A stretch of 64,000 nucleotides of DNA from an uncultured Alphaproteobacteria bacterium (GTDB lineage Bacteria; Pseudomonadota; Alphaproteobacteria; Bin95). The stretch lies in assembly GCA_938083135.1 (NCBI GenBank), contig CALLKY010000029.1:2087-66086 (forward strand), written 5' to 3'. The notes beneath the pieces were generated by a model. It did not search any database. It was not told where the DNA came from and was given only the letters and a program-made list of their open reading frames with translations. Made by a program: the position numbers and the translations under genes. This document shows positions 57,690 to 64,000 of the stretch, piece by piece (position 1 is the stretch's first letter; each line of letters starts with the position of its first letter).

Positions 57690-59735
57690 GTGCGGCGATG
57701 GTGCAGATATCTCGCAGGGGGCTTGGTCGGCGTTGGCATTGGGCTATGCGCACTAGACCTTGCAGCCCCGCCGCCGCTGGAGCGGTTTAATGACCGCTCG
57801 CTTGTCGTTGCCGATAGATCAGGTGCGCCGCTACGCATCTTCCAAAGCGCAGACGATAAATGGCGGCTGCTGACACGCCCGACGGATGTCGACCCGCTGT
57901 ATCTGGCCATGCTTAAAGCCTATGAGGATAAGCGCTTTGACCAGCATTGGGGCGTTGATCCGCTGGCGATAGGTCGCGCTGCCGGGCAGGCGATTGGGGC
58001 GGGACAAATCGTTTCCGGCGCATCAACCCTAACGATGCAGGCTGTGAAACTGCTCTCGCCTAGACCACGGACACTTTTGGCAAAGGCGATTGAGATGGGC
58101 CGGGCGGTTCAACTGGAATCTCGTCTTGCCAAAGATGATGTTCTGGCCATCTACCTCACACTGGCGCCGTTCGGTGGACCAGTGGAGGGCGTTCGGGCGG
58201 CGTCCCTCAAGCTTTTCGGCCACGAACCCTCGCTGCTGACGCCCGCAGAGGCCGCTCTACTGATCGCGATACCGCAATCGCCAAACGCCCGCCGGCCTGA
58301 TCGCCAACCGTCACAGGCGAAAGCTGCGCGTGCTCGCGTCCTGGACCGCGTGATGAAAGCAGGCGTGATCACGGCGGAGGCTGCCGAAACCGCCAAAAAC
58401 GCACCCCTACCCACCGGCTATGCCAATTTCCCACTTCACGCACCACATTTCGCAGAAGCGCAATCAGCGACCTCAGATACAGCCCACACCACGCTAGATG
58501 GACGACTGCAGAAATTGGCCGAGGTCAGGCTCCGTGCAGCGCTTCAAGATCATGCGTCCCCAGCAACGGCTTCCGCCATGATCGTCCATGCGCCGACCGC
58601 GGAAATCCGCGCAATCGTTGGCAACCCAAACTACTTTGACACCAAGCGCGCCGGCATGACGGATATGACGCTGCCACTTCGTTCTCCAGGGTCTGCGCTG
58701 AAGCCCTTTATATACGGCCTGGCGTTTGATCGGCTCGTCGCCGCACCCGGAACGCTTATTCATGACCGGCCTTGGCGGTCAAAGGGCTACGCGCCCACCA
58801 ATTTCAGTGGAGAATGGGCCGGAGAAGTCACGATCCGGGATGCATTGACGCGCTCACTCAATGTACCAGCGGTCAAAGTCCTGGGCCGTATTGGACCCGC
58901 CCAATTTGATGCAGCACTGGCGACTGCTGGCATTAACCTGACCTTTGATCGCGAGCGAGGCGATGCTGGGCTGGCGCTAGCGCTTGGCGGTGTTGGCGTT
59001 TCTATGCGGGATATGGCCAGGCTTTACGTCGGCCTGGCATCTGGCGGACACGTGCCGGACGTACTCGCAACCACACAAGGGCAAGCGGTTAATTGGGTGG
59101 AGCTTCTGGCACCGGAAGCCGCATCACAAGTGCTGACGATTTTGAAGGAAGCGCCCCCACCAACCGGGCAGACAGTTACAGCCGCAGCGTCAAGACAAAG
59201 CACATCCCGCATCGCCTTCAAAACCGGTACATCCTATGGCTATCGCGACGCTTGGGCGGCAGGCGTCATCGGTGAATATGTTGTCATTGCCTGGGTAGGG
59301 CGGGCAGACGCAGCCCCTTGCGCTGGATGTGTGGGTATTGGTGCGGCGGCACCAATTCTATTTGACCTTGCAGAACTGATCGAAACGCCGGGGCGAATGC
59401 ATCACGTCCCGGCTATTGCTAAAGCGCCGCCACCGCATCTGGCGCATTTCGATGGAGCGGAACGGCGGAATATATCAGCAGGGCCGCCAGTACGGATCAG
59501 CTTTCCGGTAGATGGTGCCCGCATGCGTCTGGGCAGGAGCGGACGGGCACCGCTAACGGCATTGGGCGGCTTACCGCCATACCGTTGGCTCACCAATGGC
59601 GCGCCCGCAGGCAATTCAGCGCCGGGCCGCTCATTGCCTTGGGCACCGAACGGCGGCGGGTATCATGAGGTGGTCGTGATCGACAGCGCGGGTGCGGAAG
59701 CCTCCGCGCGTGTGTTCATTGATGCTGGGTCATAG
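57690..59735 (+). CDS. pbpC: Penicillin-binding protein 1C (glycosyltransferase plus transpeptidase)
   Basis: N-terminal TM helix, a GT51-type region (QAVKLLSPRPRTLLAKAIE), the SALKPF transpeptidase motif (SxxK), and a C-terminal PbpC domain. Confidence 0.9.
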   Translation: MRRWCRYLAGGLVGVGIGLCALDLAAPPPLERFNDRSLVVADRSGAPLRIFQSADDKWRLLTRPTDVDPLYLAMLKAYEDKRFDQHWGVDPLAIGRAAGQAIGAGQIVSGASTLTMQAVKLLSPRPRTLLAKAIEMGRAVQLESRLAKDDVLAIYLTLAPFGGPVEGVRAASLKLFGHEPSLLTPAEAALLIAIPQSPNARRPDRQPSQAKAARARVLDRVMKAGVITAEAAETAKNAPLPTGYANFPLHAPHFAEAQSATSDTAHTTLDGRLQKLAEVRLRAALQDHASPATASAMIVHAPTAEIRAIVGNPNYFDTKRAGMTDMTLPLRSPGSALKPFIYGLAFDRLVAAPGTLIHDRPWRSKGYAPTNFSGEWAGEVTIRDALTRSLNVPAVKVLGRIGPAQFDAALATAGINLTFDRERGDAGLALALGGVGVSMRDMARLYVGLASGGHVPDVLATTQGQAVNWVELLAPEAASQVLTILKEAPPPTGQTVTAAASRQSTSRIAFKTGTSYGYRDAWAAGVIGEYVVIAWVGRADAAPCAGCVGIGAAAPILFDLAELIETPGRMHHVPAIAKAPPPHLAHFDGAERRNISAGPPVRISFPVDGARMRLGRSGRAPLTALGGLPPYRWLTNGAPAGNSAPGRSLPWAPNGGGYHEVVVIDSAGAEASARVFIDAGS

Positions 59736-60836
59736 ATCCAACGTCATCTGAGACCCTGGCAATTTTGGTGCTACGAACTTTGTCGTATCTAACCATGCAT
59801 CTTCATCACGCGGATCAAGCTCCAGGCGCGCCCGGGCCTTCCTGAACCGATCCCGGATGATTTCTGCGTAAGCACCTGCACCTGCCATACGGCTGCCGAA
59901 ATTCGCGTCATTCCACTTGCCGCCACGGGCGGACCTTATTAGGGACAACACTTTGCTGCGCCTATCCGGATAGTGCGCTGTCAGCCATTCATCGAACAGG
60001 TCTTTTACCTCAAGCGGGAGGCGCAGCAGGATGTAACGGGCTGCCATCGCCCCAGCATCTGCTGACTGAGAGAGTATCTGCTCAAGCTCATGGTCTGTCA
60101 GGCCCGGAATGATGGGTGCTACATTGACGGCGACGGGTATATTCTGAGCCGCCAAAGTTCTGATTGCTGCGATGCGTCTATGAGGCGACGCAGCGCGCGG
60201 CTCCATGGTCCGCGCCATGGTTCTATCCAGCGTCGTGACAGAGATTGTTACGTGAACCAGCTGCTCTGCCGCCATATCTTTCAGGATATCGATGTCCCGC
60301 AGCACTGCATCAGATTTAGTCGTGATCGTGACCGGGTGGTGCGTATCCCGCAGCACCCCGAGAACGTCCCGCATGATCCGAAGCCTGCGTTCGATTGGCT
60401 GATAGGGGTCCGTATTTGTGCCAATGGCGATCAGTTTTGGGGTGTAATTCTTCGCCGCAAGTTCCCTTTGCAGCAATTCAGCCGCATCCTCTTTCGCAAA
60501 GAGGCAGCTTTCAAAATCCAAACCCGGGGACAGGCCAAGCCAAGCGTGGGTTGGTCTGGCAAAGCAGTAGACGCAGCCGTGCTCACATCCCCGGTAGGGG
60601 TTGATAGAACGATCAAAGGAAATATCCGGCGACTTATTGGTGGTGATGATCGATTTCGATGTATCGCGCCCAACGGTGGTCCGCAGCGGCGGCGAATCAT
60701 CTAATTCAGTTGGCCAGCCATCATCGTCCGCCTCGACTACATAGGGTTCAAAGCGACCAGCGCGATTCCCAACGGCACCACGGCCTTTGATCTGCAGGGA
60801 AGGTGCAGATGGTTGGATAGTCTGTCGTTCTTCCAT
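59730..60836 (-). CDS. Radical SAM protein, PA0069 / SplB-like (COG1533) family
   Basis: CEHGCVYC (CX3CX2C). The ORF 59730..60935 most likely starts at MEERQTIQ (60836). Confidence 0.7.
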   Translation of the reverse strand: MEERQTIQPSAPSLQIKGRGAVGNRAGRFEPYVVEADDDGWPTELDDSPPLRTTVGRDTSKSIITTNKSPDISFDRSINPYRGCEHGCVYCFARPTHAWLGLSPGLDFESCLFAKEDAAELLQRELAAKNYTPKLIAIGTNTDPYQPIERRLRIMRDVLGVLRDTHHPVTITTKSDAVLRDIDILKDMAAEQLVHVTISVTTLDRTMARTMEPRAASPHRRIAAIRTLAAQNIPVAVNVAPIIPGLTDHELEQILSQSADAGAMAARYILLRLPLEVKDLFDEWLTAHYPDRRSKVLSLIRSARGGKWNDANFGSRMAGAGAYAEIIRDRFRKARARLELDPRDEDAWLDTTKFVAPKLPGSQMTLDL

Positions 60837-60876
60837 GCGCGAAACATAACACGAATATAGAACAAAGAAAGAATAA

Positions 60877-61896
60877 TTATGCCCAATCTTCCGCCGCAGC
60901 CAAAATTCCAGCTTCAGACAGGCTTGCATCAACATGAGATCTGAAATGTGACGCAGCCTCTTTGCCCAGCCGCTCCGCCGACCATGGCCCCTGAACCGCC
61001 GATTCCTTTCGCCATTTCATGAAGAAGCTGATCGTTCGCAACCACACCGCCCGACGCGCCATCAAAATCCTCGGCTCTGCCATTGCAGCGACAGATGCCG
61101 GAACAGCTTCTAACCATGCATCGACAAACGCCTGACGATCGGCCGCTGTAAGTACGAGGCCTGCAGCAGGGTCCCAAGCTGAAGAAATACCAATTACGGC
61201 ATGGGCGAGGTCAATCGTTGGGCAGGTATATGCTGGCTTTTCGAGGTCAACAAACACCGCCCGACCGTCATCCAGCATGCGGAAATTGCCGGGATGGGCG
61301 TCACTCACCGTCAAGCAAGAAGTTGTCGCGCCCATGTCGTGCCGCGCAGTCGCTATCAACCACTGCAGGCGGTCCTCAATCATCGCCTGGCCTTTGGCGG
61401 TCAGACCGGCGGAGCTCAGATACACCTCTAATGTTGCTTTCACATTGGCGGCCAGGGGCACAAAGGGATTCATGTGATGGAGAATAGGCGCGCGTTCAGA
61501 ATGCTTTGGGATCGGCAAGCTGTGAATGGCCGCAAGCGCGCGGGCCATATCAGGCAAGTCAGCAGCCGACTGTGGTAAGCGACCGTCAATCCGCTCAACA
61601 ATCAAGCCACCCCGGGGAAGCGCTTCGGAGACGGGCAGAATTGCCTTCAGCTTCGGCGTAGCGCCAGACGGTGCAGCCCGCTCAAAGGCTGCTGCTTGAA
61701 TAGCGAGTTGCCCGGCGGCTTCCATCCCAGATTGGCTGAGATGTGCTGCTCTCAAGATCCAATCCGTACCGGTAATACGATAGTGGTTATGGCTGACGCC
61801 AGTTCCTGGCATAAGCTCCAGCTCTGCATCAGGGAACCCAATGGCAGAAAGATCAGCGGCCAGCGCAATGGAAAGCCGTGCTGCAGAATTAGACAT
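60877..61896 (-). CDS. Aminoglycoside-phosphotransferase-fold (APH/choline-kinase-like) kinase
   Basis: VSDAHPGNF (HxDxxxxN catalytic loop) and FVDLEKP (D-x-E). Confidence 0.65.
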   Translation of the reverse strand: MSNSAARLSIALAADLSAIGFPDAELELMPGTGVSHNHYRITGTDWILRAAHLSQSGMEAAGQLAIQAAAFERAAPSGATPKLKAILPVSEALPRGGLIVERIDGRLPQSAADLPDMARALAAIHSLPIPKHSERAPILHHMNPFVPLAANVKATLEVYLSSAGLTAKGQAMIEDRLQWLIATARHDMGATTSCLTVSDAHPGNFRMLDDGRAVFVDLEKPAYTCPTIDLAHAVIGISSAWDPAAGLVLTAADRQAFVDAWLEAVPASVAAMAEPRILMARRAVWLRTISFFMKWRKESAVQGPWSAERLGKEAASHFRSHVDASLSEAGILAAAEDWA

Positions 61897-61917
61897 TATG
61901 AATAGCACTCGGGAGGC

Positions 61918-62613
61918 TTGATTGGATTAGATATGGTGAAGCCTAGTGACATTTCCATCATCATTCCCGCCCTAAATTGCAGAGCTCTTATAGACCAGCT
62001 TTTGCCCAGCGCCTTAAGCCTTTCTAACGACGTGATTGTTGTTGATGGCGGATCAACGGATGGCACAGAGAATGCCGCTACAGACTTAGGCGCAACCGTC
62101 ATACAGGCCGACCGAGGCCGGGGGCAACAATTAGCATCGGGCGCTGATATGGCCAGCAATGATTGGCTGCTTTTCCTCCACAGCGATACACAGCTGCCAG
62201 CATCTGCCGGAGATGTGATGCGGAGATTTATTGAAGCTTCCGAGAACCTGCAGAAAGCGGGATATTTCGAACTCCGGTTCGACGATCAAAGCCGCAGGGC
62301 GCGGTTTATAGCAGGCATGGCCAACTGGCGGTCGCGAACGCTTGGGCTTCCCTATGGGGACCAAGCACTGCTGATCAGTCGCGCTTTCTATGAGGAAATT
62401 GGGGGGTACAAAACGATTCCGCTGATGGAGGACGTAGATTTAATTCGGCGTATCGGTCGCAGAAACCTATGCCCGCTTGATGGGACCGTCATCACTTCAG
62501 CTGCAAAATATCGCCGGGATGGGTGGATGCGACGCTCGGTCCGCAATCTCTTTTGCCTCAGCCTCTATTTTCTGGGCATTGCTCCAGAAAAGATTGCGAG
62601 AATTTATGGATAG
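61918..62613 (+). CDS. GT2-family glycosyltransferase, TIGR04283-like ('transferase 2, rSAM/selenodomain-associated')
   Basis: ISIIIPALN...VVDGGSTDGT...LFLHSDT. A short (about 230 aa) GT-A enzyme whose stop overlaps the next gene. Confidence 0.65.
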   Translation: MIGLDMVKPSDISIIIPALNCRALIDQLLPSALSLSNDVIVVDGGSTDGTENAATDLGATVIQADRGRGQQLASGADMASNDWLLFLHSDTQLPASAGDVMRRFIEASENLQKAGYFELRFDDQSRRARFIAGMANWRSRTLGLPYGDQALLISRAFYEEIGGYKTIPLMEDVDLIRRIGRRNLCPLDGTVITSAAKYRRDGWMRRSVRNLFCLSLYFLGIAPEKIARIYG

Positions 62614-63247
62614 GCGAAACCGACCAGGCCCAAGGCGCGCACGCGCACGGTTATCCCAAACTGTAATCCTGTTTGCCCGAACGGTCCGGCTGGGGCGCGG
62701 CAAGCGACGGCTAGCGCGAGATATTGGAGATATAGGCGCGTGGCGGTTTTATCGTGCGGCGCTTCATCAAAGTTTGCGAATAGCGGCCCAACATCCATGC
62801 AGGACGGTGATAGCAGTCCTTGACCCTATCGCCGATGTATCTACACCGGGACAGCCCTTCACTGGCGCGCTGAATAGTAGACTTCAAGCAAGACCGCAGG
62901 GCAGGGGTGATCTTGGCCAACGGATGGTGCGCGCTCTGAACCAAGCGCCTCCAGGTCCGGCAATTCTAATTGGTGCGGATATTCAAGGCCTAACAAGCGC
63001 CGCACTTGGCCGTGCTTTGAAGGCAAATATCTCCGCAAACATTGTGTTCGGCCCGGCGACTGATGGTGGGTTCTGGTTGCTTGGCACTCGCGCTGGGCTG
63101 TCCGTCCGGCAATTTAAGACGGTAGGCTGGTCTGAACCGACAACGCTGGCGCAATCCGTTAACGCATTTCCCACGGCCAAGCGCGTTCATTTCGTCGATA
63201 TATTGTCCGATGTGGATTCAATGGAGGATTTAGCCAAGTTTTCTTAA
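62606..63247 (+). CDS. DUF2064 / TIGR04282-like nucleotidyltransferase-fold protein ('transferase 1')
   Basis: ILFARTVRLGRGKRRLA (the ...AK.P.pG.vKTRL pattern of DUF2064), GPATDGGFWLLG. The ATG overlaps the GT stop (ATGGATAG). Confidence 0.6.
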   Translation: MDRRNRPGPRRARARLSQTVILFARTVRLGRGKRRLARDIGDIGAWRFYRAALHQSLRIAAQHPCRTVIAVLDPIADVSTPGQPFTGALNSRLQARPQGRGDLGQRMVRALNQAPPGPAILIGADIQGLTSAALGRALKANISANIVFGPATDGGFWLLGTRAGLSVRQFKTVGWSEPTTLAQSVNAFPTAKRVHFVDILSDVDSMEDLAKFS

Positions 63248-63310
63248 ACCCGCATTAACCAGCTAGGCCGTCCAATCATTAACGCCCGCAATTACAATGG
63301 AGCATTAGCC

Positions 63311-64000
63311 ATGCGCGGCTCGATTGACGGTAAGGACGAGACTGAAATTCCCGCACGCCCATCCAAATTTATCTTCGCGGCGGCGGCGATCTTACTTGCA
63401 GGCGCTGTTGGCGTGGGCGCACTCGCGTTTCGTGCCATCCCGCAAGAAGTGCCGGACCTGCGCGCGCCTACAGCAGCACTGGCTACAGCGCGTGCGTCTG
63501 CTGCTGCGCAGGCTATCTCGCAGAAGGTCGCAAGTGTCCGGCTGATGCTCGAGGCGTTGGCAGAGAAGGGCGGTGCTCGGCCTGGCAGGCGCAATGCCAC
63601 TCGATTCGCCATCCGCGCCTTCAAGAAAATTGACGGTCTGGAGCAGTTGGCGGCCTATAGCCTTAATGGCAAGACTCGATGGGCGATGCGGCCAGCGAGT
63701 AGCGGGTCCATGATGTTCCCAAACTCCAAGAGCTTTCTAGTTGCGCATTTGGACGTGCCAGAAATTGGTGCCCGTGTCGGCGCGCCTTTCCAGCCCGGTG
63801 GGTCAAAAGTTTGGTGGACCCCGATCACCTATCTCATTCCCAACCGCAAGGGTGAGCCGTACGCGATCCTGACAGCGTTTATGAATCAGAAGACGTTCAT
63901 TCCGCTTATGCGCGCTGCTGGCGAATCCGCCGCGTTACTGACCGGCGGCGGCAAGCTCATAACCGGCGCACCTGTAGAGGCAGCGCCGCTTGGCGCTTCC
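63311..64000 (+). CDS. Partial (5' portion) membrane-anchored protein with a periplasmic sensor-like (Cache-like?) domain
   Basis: GGAG RBS, ATG 63311, TM segment FIFAAAAILLAGAVGVGALAF. It is an open frame with no stop through 64000, so it is absent from the ORF track. The antisense ORF 63292..63624 was rejected. Confidence 0.45.
   Translation, partial: MRGSIDGKDETEIPARPSKFIFAAAAILLAGAVGVGALAFRAIPQEVPDLRAPTAALATARASAAAQAISQKVASVRLMLEALAEKGGARPGRRNATRFAIRAFKKIDGLEQLAAYSLNGKTRWAMRPASSGSMMFPNSKSFLVAHLDVPEIGARVGAPFQPGGSKVWWTPITYLIPNRKGEPYAILTAFMNQKTFIPLMRAAGESAALLTGGGKLITGAPVEAAPLGAS

Noticed and set aside
63292-63624. 110-aa minus-strand ORF at the 3' end of the window
   Set aside because: The plus strand carries a better gene (ATG 63311 with a GGAG RBS, a TM helix, and an open frame to the window end). 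The minus ORF is Ala/Arg-rich antisense.
1-64000. CRISPR arrays, tRNA/rRNA genes, IS elements or integrases
   Set aside because: Visual scanning found no regularly spaced direct repeats, no tRNA-like T-loop/acceptor structures in intergenic regions, and no transposase/integrase-like ORFs. Only protein-level paralogy (44689 versus 46842) and short GC-rich hairpins were found.

Overview
This 64-kb window is high-GC (roughly 60%), gene-dense chromosomal DNA with about 65 protein-coding genes on both strands. The gene content (LpxR, twin-TM small protein, TAXI-TRAP receptor, and rsmI-yraN lying divergent from an LpoA-like lipoprotein) points to an alphaproteobacterium. I recognised no rRNA, tRNA, CRISPR array, transposase or integrase. 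Most genes are housekeeping or catabolic: asd, rsmI, ygfZ, selO, an MscS-family channel, LysE, seven SDRs, three acyl-CoA dehydrogenases, two LLM oxidoreductases, an FAD monooxygenase, TauD, a Rieske protein with an amidohydrolase-2, and a dienelactone hydrolase. Envelope genes include MipA, LpxR and the known alpha-2-macroglobulin/PBP1C operon.

The candidates for something new, most interesting first:
1. A Bcp/PrxQ peroxiredoxin (52038..52481, minus) whose catalytic cysteine codon is TGA, followed at once by a 45-nt hairpin. It is either a selenocysteine peroxiredoxin that ORF calling misses, or a nonsense pseudogene.
2. A lower-GC islet (44689..47582) carrying two paralogous two-domain Cys-rich lipoprotein genes on either side of a 2-hydroxyacid dehydrogenase. 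One copy is split by an in-frame TAA.
3. A lower-GC, cytoplasmic GH19-like lysozyme gene (49724..50341).
4. A divergent cluster (59730..63247) of a PA0069-family radical SAM protein and an APH-like kinase on one strand, and a GT2 plus DUF2064 pair on the other, resembling the 'rSAM/selenodomain-associated transferase 1/2' module.

The window also carries several single-lesion genes: a TAXI receptor frameshift, a yraN amber codon, a Sel1 protein with no canonical start, and the split lipoprotein paralog. This suggests either a pseudogene-rich genome or local sequence errors, and it tempers the selenoprotein call. Every call rests on manual translation and motif recognition; I ran no database search.
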